This document shows, one piece after another, positions 22,389-33,905 of a DNA stretch of 37,449 nucleotides. How positions within the stretch are numbered: position 1 is the first letter of the stretch; each line of letters opens with the position of its first letter. The DNA is from Diploschistes diacapsis (lineage: Eukaryota), in assembly GCA_023645945.1 (NCBI GenBank), contig JALAIB010000062.1, positions 1 through 37,449 on the forward strand. The letters run 5' to 3'. Below the pieces are notes generated by a model that did not search any database, was not told the origin of the DNA, and saw only the letters and a list, made by a program, of their open reading frames with translations. The position numbers and the translations under genes are program-made.

Positions 22389-23687
22389 TCAAGTCTGCGA
22401 CGACGTGGTATGTCTTTGCGTCGATGTAACTGCACTATTGTCTGCCAATATCTTAAACAATTCCCAGTCTTCACCGCTTATATCGTGGCGTTGGATCATG
22501 TACTCCACGAGCATGCCAAGTGATATGCCTCCACCTGTAAACCACGCTCCTTTACTGAACCACCACCAACAATCCGGCACTTTCTTTAGCTGTACCCTCC
22601 AGATCATGGTCCCTAGAGTCACGGCCGCAGACCCACAGCCTAAGGTGTAGAAAGCAGGCCCAACGCCCAACATGGCCCCAGCACCAGCTAGAAGTCCCAC
22701 CTGCACAACCGCCAAACCCGTAAGGACCGTCTTCGTATTGGCCTCATGCCTGAGAGCAATACTCCTGATGCCCGCCCCTCTGTCATCTCGAACATCCATG
22801 TGAGCATAGACCATGTCGTACAACACGGTCCACGAAACACAGCTTGCATACAATAGAGCCGAGGCCTTTGCAGCAACGATGTCGGAAAAGAGAGAGATGT
22901 CGAGGGCCGGGAAACCCATGATGGCGCCCCATGAAAACGTTAAGCCGAGTATTACTTGAGGGTAGTTTGTAACGCGCTTGGCGAGGGGATACGTCGCCAC
23001 CAACGCGAGGCTCGGGATGCCGTAGAAGAGACATTGGTAAGGGAACTGAAGGAGCAGCGCCAGCCCAGCCAGAAGCTGCACACCGGTAAACGCTATCGCG
23101 GCGCGAGGGGTAACGGCTCGGCGAGCAAGCGGGCGAAGCGCCGTACGAGACACCATGGGGTCAAGGTTGCGGTCCCAAAGGTCGTTGACGGTGCAACCGG
23201 CACCGCGCATGATGAGAGCCCCGGCATAGAAGAGCGCCGAGGTATATACTATCGTAGGTAGCTCCAAGGAAGGGCAATGGATAGCGGCAAGTAGAGTTGA
23301 GAATAGGCAGGGGAAGAAAAGGTATGTTGTTCCGGCGGGCTTGTCCAGGCGAACCAGTTCCGCGTACGGCACCCATGCTGCTGGTAGCCTTGATAGGATG
23401 CCCCTTCGTGGCTGCTGGTAGGCTGAAGGTGCGGGAGTGATGCCTAATGTATCGGTGGCAGAAGAGCGGAAGCTCTTTTTAGTTGGCGAGAATACCGTGA
23501 AGGGTCTCTGTAAACTATTGGTGAAGAAGACCGGAAGATGGCGTTTTTCCTGCAGGGAGTTTCTGTATGCCCAACGTTTACCATATGGCACCGCAGTTCT
23601 AAGTAGGACTATTTCGTGGTAGACTCGGGATGTGATGTGCCTGCTTTTGGGCAAATATGTTGATGGTTTGATTGTCGATGTTAACAT
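22389..23687 (-). CDS. COQ2: 4-hydroxybenzoate polyprenyltransferase (UbiA family), mitochondrial
   Basis: PYAELVRLDKPAGT, MRGAGCTVNDLWDRNLDPMVSRTALRPLA, YPLAKRVTNYPQ, YDMVYAHMDVRDD. Basic N-terminal presequence, single exon. Confidence 0.95.
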   Translation of the reverse strand: MLTSTIKPSTYLPKSRHITSRVYHEIVLLRTAVPYGKRWAYRNSLQEKRHLPVFFTNSLQRPFTVFSPTKKSFRSSATDTLGITPAPSAYQQPRRGILSRLPAAWVPYAELVRLDKPAGTTYLFFPCLFSTLLAAIHCPSLELPTIVYTSALFYAGALIMRGAGCTVNDLWDRNLDPMVSRTALRPLARRAVTPRAAIAFTGVQLLAGLALLLQFPYQCLFYGIPSLALVATYPLAKRVTNYPQVILGLTFSWGAIMGFPALDISLFSDIVAAKASALLYASCVSWTVLYDMVYAHMDVRDDRGAGIRSIALRHEANTKTVLTGLAVVQVGLLAGAGAMLGVGPAFYTLGCGSAAVTLGTMIWRVQLKKVPDCWWWFSKGAWFTGGGISLGMLVEYMIQRHDISGEDWELFKILADNSAVTSTQRHTTSSQT

Positions 23688-24938
23688 AGCTTAGATGTGT
23701 GAATTGGGAGGTATTTGCTTAAAGAAGGCTTGAAGTGAGCTTTTAACTGTGTCGCTGCCAGCAGGAACAGCCTTCTGAAGTTAAGAAGCGATTCTAAGAC
23801 CTATATCCAATGATTCGAGGTATCTATCTACCGGCCAGTCAAGAAACGTCTTTTAAAAATTTGATATTATTAGGGGGTGGCAAAAAAGTCCCGTGGAAAT
23901 GCTTGGCGCTCAAAGTAGATCATTTCCTCAGCTAAACTTTGATTGTTCCATCACATCTACTGAGTTACTCCCAGCTCTTTCTCTACCTATTATTCACCAC
24001 AAGGCGATCGCCGATCGCGGTTTGATCAGCATATCTTTTGATCTCTGGTAAACATATCAAAGTTTACAGATTGATACAATAGCAGATCAACACCTTGAGC
24101 GTCTCCTCGTCGGCGCCTATATCCTCCGACGCGTCCGCCACCGCCACCGCCAGCACCTCCCTCCTTCCCTCTACAAACCCCAAACCCAGCGGCCTCGCTA
24201 CTGAGCGGCAGCATCGCTAGTAAGAGAAATCTACAACTCGCGATGCTGTGGCATGCGCGGCGTAACCGAGGTCTGGGGGCGGCGGGGATAGAGGCGCGAA
24301 CGGCAGTAGAGGGGCTAATTACAAGGGCTTAGGCACTGCATCGCGTACAATGTCTTATCTACATACAAATCAAATGTCTAAATAGCTTCACTGTTTTATA
24401 TTATTATATTTGGCACTGGTGCGAATCTTTAAACTTGGGGTACTTCAAAGTGTATGTAAGTGAACTAGCAAATCTAAGTACATGAAGTGCGGGACTACTC
24501 CGCCACACCAACATCTACGTCGTATGCTGCACCCCATTGTTGGTGACGGCTAGCGATAGTAATCATCCTCGATGAGCATAATGGATGTGTATAGGGTGAT
24601 ATTGTTGACAAGACTCGGATTTATCTTATTCCGCTGCCGAGCCAAAGTAGCAATCTCCATCCTCCCATCCCCCGTAAAACTGTGCTTAAGCTTCGGAAAA
24701 CCGTTCCTTTTTCTTTCGCGAGGAGGCCAAGCGGTACATGAGAGAAAACCAACAGCATCTGAAAAGCGCATTGCGACTTCGAGCTTCAAAGCCGATCGCC
24801 TACCGTTGCATTACCCCGCCCCGTTGAGTTCGTAATCTGCTTCCAATATCGCGATGACGGGACGCGTCTCCGTGGTGCGCCTCTGATTACAGCAACCATA
24901 GTATCGCGATACATTAACAACGAGCGCGGTCGGCCATC

Positions 24939-27900
24939 ATGCCGGCGCAGCGGCCTGCGGCTCCCTTCGAGCCCATATCTCCTGAATTCGACCTCGATAC
25001 CCTTGTTGAAGAGTGCAGCAACTTTGAGTACGTACCGCGAATCTCTTTCGAGACGATCGAAGAGCAAGGCTTGGAGAATTTCGACAGGCTTGTACTTCTT
25101 CATGTCATCATCAACGGCAAGCCACTGGTAGTTGAAGGGTGTCATCGGAACTTGGATGCTTGGACTTTTTCTAGTCCATGGCTACGAGATAACTTTGGTA
25201 ACAAATGTGAGTCAACGGGGGGGCGGGATCATGTGCGGCAGCATAGTGACTGACTGATGGGCTATAGTCGAGCAAGCGCGCAATTTGACGAAGAAAGAAA
25301 ACCTCCCGTTATCGATCAGGCACTACCTGTCACACATGCCTATGCTAGCTGCTCAATGGACCGGGCAGAATTACCACGAGAGCAGCAGGCAACGTCTTTA
25401 CCTGAAGGATATCGACTGCCCCCCTCTATGGCATGATAAATTGAAAGAGCAGATACCACCAGGAGTATTCTATCTGAACGACAGCGTTGGCGATATCGGT
25501 GGCATCGGTGCAAAAGAAGAGCGCTACGCTAACGGCGTCGGCAGTAGACTCGGTAAGGGAATAGGCAAGGCTGGGGACTTGATGAGCTGTTTGCCGATTT
25601 CAATGCGCGCAGAGAACCTTATGTGCTATATCGGCCATGAGGGAACCTACACCCCTGCGCATCGCGAGATGTGCGCATCCTTGGGTCAGAATATCATGGT
25701 GGAGACATCGGGTGCTATTGGAGAAGATGGGAAGCCCACCAAGCCGGGTTCTTCGATCTGGTTCATGACCGAAACCAAGGACCGCCACCTCGTCTCCGAA
25801 TACTGGCTCTCGAATTTGGGTCACGACATCGAGGTGGAAGACCACTTCGCGAGCATCGACGCTTGGGTGAAAGCTCCGTTCAAGGTATGGGCGGTAGAGC
25901 AAAAAGTTGGGGATTTCATTCTCATTCCGCCGCTCGCTCCTCACCAAGTATGGAACCGGGGAACCAGGACCATGAAGGTCGCTTGGAACCGAACTACCGT
26001 CGAAACCCTCGAAATGGCTTTGAAAGAGGCGCTTCCGCGCGCTAGAATGGTATGCCGTGACGAGCAATACAAGAACAAGGCCATCATCCTGTTTTCCCTG
26101 AACAAGTATTCTGGTTTGCTCAGAACAGTGGAACGCCAGAGGCTAGACGCACAGAGCGACCATGCGAGATCCCAGTTGACGAGCAGTCCCAAGATACGGC
26201 AGTTGGAGAAAGATTTCCGGCGTCTATATGCGTTGTTTGTGGACATGATGGTCTCCGAGACACTGTCCCCTCCACATCCGAAAATAGAGTACATCCAGTA
26301 CGACAGCAACATAACATGCTCCTATTGCCGCTGTAACATCTTTAACCGTTTTCTGACCTGCAAGCACTGCATCATTCCCCTCGAGAACGGGGAAGAAGAT
26401 ACATACGACATATGCATGGAATGCTATGCAATGGGAAGGTCTTGCAGGTGCCTGTCAAAGTTGTCGTGGGTGGAACAATTTCCGTTCAGGGATTTAGTGC
26501 AAAAGTACGATCTCTGGAGGAATCAAGTCTCAAAGTTTCCGGACTCGTTGAGCAGGAACTGTCCTTTACCTCTAGACCAAGAAAAACAGCAGTATGGCAA
26601 GAAGACTCTTGCCGATGTCTGCCAGGAGCAACTCAAGATACGTCCGTTCAAAGACCCGAAGAAAGACGAGGTTCCGGAAGATGACAAGGACGAAGAGGAC
26701 GAAGAAGACGTCGAAGTCACGGCCGATGGGACGATACGGAAGAAGAAAGTCAAACGATCCGAGAAGTGGTACAAGGATAACCTTCGCTGTCACCTCTGCT
26801 GTCATCGTCACCCGAAATGGAAAATGACCACATGCTCTTGTGGAGTATCGATCTGTTACGGTAGCCTATGGAGGGCCTTTGACACGATGCCTCAAACGGT
26901 CATGCAGGATCCAGATTGGCGGTGCCCCAAGTGCAGGAAGATTTGCCCTTGCAAAGACTGCACGAAAGATCCAGAGAATCACCCTTACGAGCCAAAGGGG
27001 ACAGTGCTCGGCCACGATACTAGGAAATTTGCCGACCCGCGAAGTATTGAGAGTCTAGTTGATTTCAGCGCATCGAACATGCACTGGATTAAGAAAGCTG
27101 GCGACGATGTCACGGAGGAAAGCAGACGTATGTCGAGACATGCCGACGCGGCAGCCCAGGAGCGAGCAAGAGATCCCGCGCTGGGCGTAGACTACGTTCG
27201 GGCGAATAATCACAGCAACAATATGGCTATCGATCCATTACTAGCTCCAGATCAAGTCACGGAGGATGGCGAGGACGAGCAAGTTGGGATACAGCAAGCC
27301 GCTGCCGACGCCCTCAACATGATGGGTGGTCTAAGCGCGCTCGAAAGGGATCCACAGGCATTCATGGCACAGGCCGGACTTCGCCGCAACTCTTCCCAGG
27401 AACAATCCTACGAATATCCTGACCCCGACGAGGCGCCCTCGATTCTTCCTACGACCGAAAACGACGAGTCTGGGCAGGCCGAGAAGAAAAAGAAAAAGGC
27501 ACGCGACGCCCCCATCGTTCAAAGCGATGCAGCCTTGTCGGAAGCCAACGCGAAGTTCCAAAAACAGCAAGCCCAAGTTCGTATCAAGGAAGCTAAGAGA
27601 AAGGGCCATCTTATCAGTACGCAAGCGGCTATTCGAGGACGCAGTCTCGTCGTCACTTTGCCAGTGGATCCTGCCACATTGGCACGCTTCACTCAGGAAC
27701 GTCCTCCAGAGCCCATGGACATTGAGCCCGAGGCCGACGAACAGCCAGTCATTGTCCAGTCTGACCTACCCAAGAACGTTTCGGGCGAAGTTGCTACGTC
27801 TAGGAACCCACAGGTCCCCAAGAAACGGCCGCGGACGGACGAGGATGGGGACTTTGTCATGTCCAAGCGGGAACGCCGTTCGTCGGGCAAGGTAATTTGG

Positions 27901-28809
27901 GGCAAGACATCAGCGTCGAACATCCAAGAGCAGGCGCCGCGCTCTGACTCGGAAATCGATGTAGAGGCCGATCCAGAGGAAGATTTCACTTTTACTCCGA
28001 CCAGACGGCAGTCAAACGGCATTGCAGGCTCGCGACGGTCGCTGCCGTCCTACCTTGCGAGGCGTAGTCCAGTCGCTACAGACGAGCTGCCGAACGAGCT
28101 AACCGGCAAAAACCGCGAAAGGCGCAAGCCCAAGCCTACGGCTGCCAGCAATGGCACAGCTCAGCACTTTGCCTTGGACCTTTCGCCTACCGAAGCTTCT
28201 CCACCTTCACGAAAATCGCCAAAAGTTACGAATGCAGCCGAAGTTAGTACCGACACCGAGGAGCTCGTTTCGCTACGGGACGATCGATCGCCTGTGAAGG
28301 CACCTACGGCTAGGATGACGCCTCCGCTAATAGCAATCTCATCGTCTCCTACGCCGTTTCACGCCAGTGGCGAGCCCCCAGCACAACCTCAGGCATCGAA
28401 GACTGCCATGAGCGACGGCGGTGGAGAAGCGTCAGAGCTAGACTCAGAGCTAGATTCCGAGGTAGACTCACTACATAAAGCCAAACCGAAGCCGAGCCCT
28501 GGGCGCATTGCGGCAAACGTGAAAGCGAAGCTTATAGCTTCGGGCCAGGTTATGGTAGAGTCGGAATCCGACTTCGACTCAGGAAGCGTTGTGGGCGCGC
28601 CAGAAGTTATCAGCGATATACCTGCACCAGCACCAGCACCGGCGAAGCGTGGTAGAGGCCGCCCACCAAAGGCTTCAAGGATTAGTCCCGAAGTTTCCAA
28701 ATCAACGGCAGCGAAAGGCCCATCACCAGAAAGGAAATCGATTTTCTCCAAGACGAGCAGAGGTGGAAAAATCAAGATTGCTTCAGCACGAGCTCTAGCC
28801 AAGAGCTGA
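24939..28809 (+). CDS. JmjC-domain protein with Cys-rich zinc fingers (zf-4CXXC_R1-like) and an AT-hook; putative histone demethylase
   Basis: Intron 25207-25267 joins exon 1 to the 1174-aa ORF. LYLKDIDCP; GTYTPAHREMC (HxE) and PPLAPHQVWN (distal His); CSYC/CKHC/CMEC and CHLC..CSC..CPKCRKICPCKDC clusters; KRGRGRPPK AT-hook. Confidence 0.9.
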
Positions 28810-29835
28810 GTTGCCGCAACGCTTGTTTTTGTTGCTTATGATATTTGCTTCTGGTACAAAGATTGCACCCCTGTTCTCCAAGCTTCGATGCTTTCGCTGA
28901 GTAGCATAGCAAGAGCACGCCCGAATCCGGACATGGTTAGGGGGTTTTGGCCGTCTCGTCGGCCCGGATATTGTGATAGTTGTTGGGAGGCCTCGTAAGG
29001 AACCCTCTCCTTTTCATTGGTTCGGCGAAATACCCCCTCCCTTCTAGTGAGAAGGAGGAAGCTCGCTGGCTACTGAACAGTGGACAGTGTAAGCGTACTG
29101 CATTCAAGTAGAAAGAGAAAGCTGTCATGATTCATATTGCACTACCACGTGTGTTACTGTACTTTTCGTGTGACCTCGACCGTGCTACCGCAGTGCCCTC
29201 TCACGATAGATTGTCATACAGCAACCCAAGCTAAAGAGACCACCTTTTGCTAAATTTTGATACTGACCGGATGCCCGAACCTAGGGGCGGGTTCGTCCGA
29301 TTTTCTGATAAGCAAGACATGGACCGCTAACAAGATACCTTTGATAATTGTTACTGTTCGTGATTCTCGATTCCCAGGCGTTTAGGGATCTGAAGTCCTC
29401 CCCAACATTCTGTCTCTCTCCATGTGTGCTGACACTGGGGGATTGCATAGGATATTAGAATCATGAATTGACACGGCGAATATACCATCAAAGAATAAAT
29501 GGAGAACTCCTGGACGAATTGGTAGGCGACTATACATTTGTTAAGAGCACCTGTAACTGAAGGAACTTGTCAATTGAACAGCGTCCTTTATGGCAAGCCG
29601 AAACGACGAGACAATGGATGCAGTCCCGTGATTTACCAATCAGGTAAGTTCATGCCACCTACCTATCCGCTTGAGAAGGCACACAGTACTACACGAATGT
29701 CAATAATTTCGTCTCACTTCTATACTTCAACAGTCTCCCTTGAAAACCTCGCCCCCTTCACGAAAAAGTGTCGCTGTCATTCTTTTGATCACGCTCCCTA
29801 CGCACTCGTCACTCGTCGCTACCGAATCTGCCAGC

Positions 29836-31667
29836 ATGGCTACCGTTGGGGTGCCCTCTGCTTCCATGGGCAATCTTCCCCGCAAGCATCAACATAGGCT
29901 CAAAGCCGTCTCGATAGTTGTACCGCACGGCCAGGAGGGCAAGCCTTGGGTCATGAACAACCTCTATCGCGAGGTGCCGTTCGACTGGAGATCGGAGTCT
30001 GACCCGAGCAATCCTCGAAACTGGTCTCTGGCTAGCCGCATTTTCCATACCGCTATTCCGGCCTTCTTCGGCTTCATCAGGTAAAAGAGCTAGTTCGGTA
30101 ATCGTGGGTAACAAGACTGACGTCCCCAGTATCTTAGGATCGTCAGTCTACGTACCCGCAATTCCCTATGTCCAACATGAATTTCAAGTTCCGCAAACCC
30201 TTGCCATTTTGGGTCTTTCGCTATACACGTTCGGCATCGTCTTTGGCTCTACCCTGGGCGGCCCACTGTCGGAGCTCTTTGGCAGAAGGATAATCTATCT
30301 GGTCTCTCTGCCACTATTGATGGGCTTCACGGTTGCGGCGGCGGAAGCCAAAAGTATAATAGTGCTTCTGATCACAAGATTTATAGCTGGCGTCGGGGGT
30401 TCCCTATGCATCTCTGCAGCTGGAGGAACCATATCGGATCTTTGGGATACGCGACAAACAAGCGGTATACACTTTCTGTTGCTTTAATGGCCATCGCCTG
30501 CTGATGACTTCAAGGCATCTTGGCTTCACTGTCGTACATTCTGATGCCGTTCCTCGGTCCTACAGTGGGTCAGTGTCATCTTCTTTGGAACGGAAGGCCT
30601 TGAAAACTGACGATACAAGGGCCTTTGACCGGAGCATATGTTACTGCAGATCAAGGCACCTGGAGGTGGTCCTTGTGGATTTTGGCCATCATCGCAGGGC
30701 CCGTGTACTTTGCAGCCGTGTTCATGACAGAAACATCAAAGGAACAAGTACTCCGTGAGCGCTTCCTAGCGCTGGGTCTCGGGTCGAAATTGAAAACCCG
30801 CAAGGCTGGGGAGGTCCTCAGGATCAGCATCACCAGGCCGCTTGTTATGATGCTTGGGGAACCCATGGTCTTTGCTCTAGCCGTTTATACCAGCTTCGCT
30901 TTTGCCGTAATATTTGTATTCTTCGATGTATTTCCACTGATTTTCCAGACAGTTTACGGCTTTGACGTTCAGGAGGTTGGACTCGCATATTTGAGCCTTC
31001 TTGTTGGGTTCGTACTGTCTTCTGTAAACTTTCAGATATTGTTCCTTTTGTCCAAATCTAGATTCGCGAAAACAGGTGTATTCAAGGTGGAGGATAGCCT
31101 ACACTCGGCGCTCATAGGAAGCATTCTACTGCCGGGAAGTCTGTTCTGGTAAAGAAAAGAATTGGCTCTATTGCAGACTCGACTAGCTGAAGCATCTCTA
31201 GGCTGGCTTTCACATCCAGCGGCGGCGTCCACTGGATCGTACCTATCTTGTCTGGCATACCGTTTGCGTGGGGGGCTCTCAATCTATTCGTATGTCATGA
31301 CCTGGGCGGCTTCAGGGTGCCGAGGGGGACTTCGTTTACCCTTCGCACCCTCCTCGAAGACGAAATTAACCATCGACACCGCACCGCGATCGGCTAACAT
31401 TTATAGCTGTCAGCCCTGCTCTACCTCCTACAATCCTACCCTCCACAGTACGCGGCTTCAGCATCAGCCGCGCTAGGCATTCTACGCTACAGCTTCGGCG
31501 CCGCCTTCCCCCTTTTTGCTCTCAAGTTGTACGACGTGCTAGGCTTCCGGAATGCCGGAATCGTGCTTGCGGGGATTTCGGCCCTCCTCATGCCCGTCCC
31601 CTGGGTTCTACTGAAATACGGACCGACCCTTCGAAAGCGAAGCAGATACAACATGGCATCGAGCTGA
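29836..31667 (+). CDS. MFS drug:H+ antiporter, DHA1 family
   Basis: FDW...DPSNPRNWS, GPLSELFGRRIIY, GGTISDLW, PFLGPTVGP, WRWSLW, RPLVMMLGEP, YAASASAA..LRYSFGAAFPLF, YGPTLRKRS. Five introns, including 30465-30514, 30569-30619 and 31290-31406. Confidence 0.9.
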
Positions 31668-33804
31668 TTTGACACGTTCAACGGGATTCTGCCCGTTTCA
31701 CACCACCGTACGTTATCGCTTAGGAAAAGGGTGTATGTCAACGGGTGACGATGGTGTTCAGAATCGAACTACTGTAGGAAAAGCATATGGCTTGTAACTA
31801 GTGGCTACTGGATGGTCCCACATGGGAGGGAAGGTGAATCGCGGAGCTTGTGGCATTTGTTGTACTTGTTGTTCAGACTGTTGTACCATGACCGCTTTTA
31901 GGCGCTGTAAGCTGTTGTCATAGCGAAGAAAAAGTGGCTCCCCTTTGAAGCAGCGCTGTCTAAGTGTGGGCAATAACTTGAACATCGCTTAGCGCACAAT
32001 GACTTGAGCACTCATTCATGACGCTGGATCCTGTGTATCTTCGCTTCGGGCTACTCTCGAGCAGGGTCCCGGGCTGTCTAGGCGAACATGACTGCCCTTG
32101 TGCAATACTGACCCCCATTGTCGGCCATAAGACTCCAGACCCTCTTTCAGCGCTCAAGAATGGGAGCATCCACATGTTCACGAGCTCGACGAGGGGAGAA
32201 TGTAGTTGCTCAGAAGCATTGTCGTCGCAGCCTACTCGTCTCATTGGCGCTCATACTGTGGGCGGCTCGAAGTGTGGGACCAGCAAGAACGGTCGCGTGA
32301 TTTTAGATTTTGTTGTCTGGTTAATGTATGGGGTACAGCCCGAGCAGTTGCAGTTTGGAAAACCGAAGTGGAGAAGATGCACTAGCTCCTGGGTTTACCG
32401 CTTCTGAGTTCTGTGTTGTTATGCGAACATCACGGACTGCACAATATTGTACGTAACGTAACATGCCTCGTCCGAGAAGAAGCGATGCTTTGTTGTTCTC
32501 CTCCGCTTCCGCCTAGAAGGCTTCCTTGCATGCCCCGTGCAGCAGGATGCCATCAGCCGAGGGGTTTTTCTCGTCTTCGTCTTCGTTAATCTTGCAGAGC
32601 CAGTCCGTTTATCGTGCAGGAATCTCGCCATGTGCTGCAAAGCATTGGACAGGACCACGGATTGGCTCGTCCAAAGTGACGCAAGTTATCGAAGGAAGGA
32701 CCGTAACCCCCCTTGTCCTAGTCTACTAGCTAGTCTCCTGGAACGTTTGTTGCCGATGATGATGATGTACGGGGGAGGCTGAAATAAGGTGCGGTGTAAC
32801 AACGGCCGCCTCTTTTTCCCTTTTGTCGGAAGCAGAAGCATCAGTGTGACCTCGGTCTTTACTGCATCACTTCAAGAGGAGGCGTTCCCTGACAAGTCTG
32901 CGCCAATATCAAACTTTCGAGGGTTTCTGATGGAGAAAGAGGAGGCTGGAGAGGTTGAAGATGTAAGCGAGCCGAGCTAACTACCTAGTGCAGCACATTG
33001 TACTGTTGATGGATGAAGCATCGGGCTTCCCCAGATTCTATGATTCGTGCATTGAACGGTGATTGCAAATGTGATGAACAAAAGATGGCCTTTGTCTGGT
33101 CTGTATGCAAAAAAGAATATGAAGCCGATTCTAATGCCAAGAACTCGTCCATCTGTGATCATGCCCTGGTCATGTGGCTTTAGTGAACTTGCAGCATGCA
33201 AAAGATGAAGAAGCAGACAAGCCATCCTCGACTTCACCCGCACGCTGTGGTGCTACTCTTCAAGCCTTCCATTGGCCTTCCACGCATATGCAACCTGACA
33301 CCATTACCTGGGTACTACTTCTCTAGCCTTTCCTCGACTCGGAATAACATCAAAGTGAACTGCCCTCCATTCGCCACTGGAGCTGCTCACTGGATCACGC
33401 TGACTCCGTGCTTACCAGAGTTCATGTCACCGAATGATGACCATTCCCAAGGTCTTTGACCACCTACTGGCATTTTTACAAATAAGCCACATCTTGGCCG
33501 CTGGCGTCTGCACCGATGGAGCAACAAGCTCGTGCGGACTCGATCCAATGGGAGAGGGGATTGAGTTATAACATATATCAATAAGCTAGGAATTGAACAA
33601 CCTTCAATGGCTAGCCGCCAACATATAGCCGCTGGTTCCTTTTGTCAGACCGGATGATTAAACCTGTGACTCGGTCGTTGTTTCCAAACAGTGGGAGGAT
33701 TGTCGTCAGCTCTGCATATCTACGTGCAGCATTCCAGGTATCCACTTCCAACAATGGATTCCATCTTGCGCCGCTCCTTCCCTGCTCATGGGAAAGATGA
33801 GAGA

Positions 33805-33811
33805 TATATAA
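33805..33811 (+). promoter_or_regulatory. Candidate TATA box of the amylase gene
   Basis: TATATAA about 100 bp upstream of the ATG at 33906. Confidence 0.45.
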
Positions 33812-33905
33812 CCGGCTCGTCCTGGCACACGGTTGATCTTGCCCTGAGAGCAGATAGAGGCAGCAGGACTACCGGCACTGGAAGCACCTCCAACCCTAAA
33901 TCACC

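Noticed and set aside
23876..23884. GGTGGCAAA, the yeast Rpn4 PACE element, upstream of COQ2
   Set aside because: A single 9-mer next to a non-proteasome gene, and the motif is not known to be used the same way in filamentous ascomycetes.
23883..24331. RNase MRP/P RNA suggested by AAAGTCCC (~23885) and ACAAGGGCTTA (~24321) as P4 strands
   Set aside because: Only 6 bp of pairing, CR-V spacing shorter than the consensus I recall, and no P1/P2 closing helices found. Needs cmscan.
13456..31667. Secondary-metabolite gene cluster (aldolase, prenyltransferase, MFS)
   Set aside because: No PKS, NRPS or terpene backbone gene. The prenyltransferase looks like housekeeping COQ2, and the genes are interspersed with unrelated loci.
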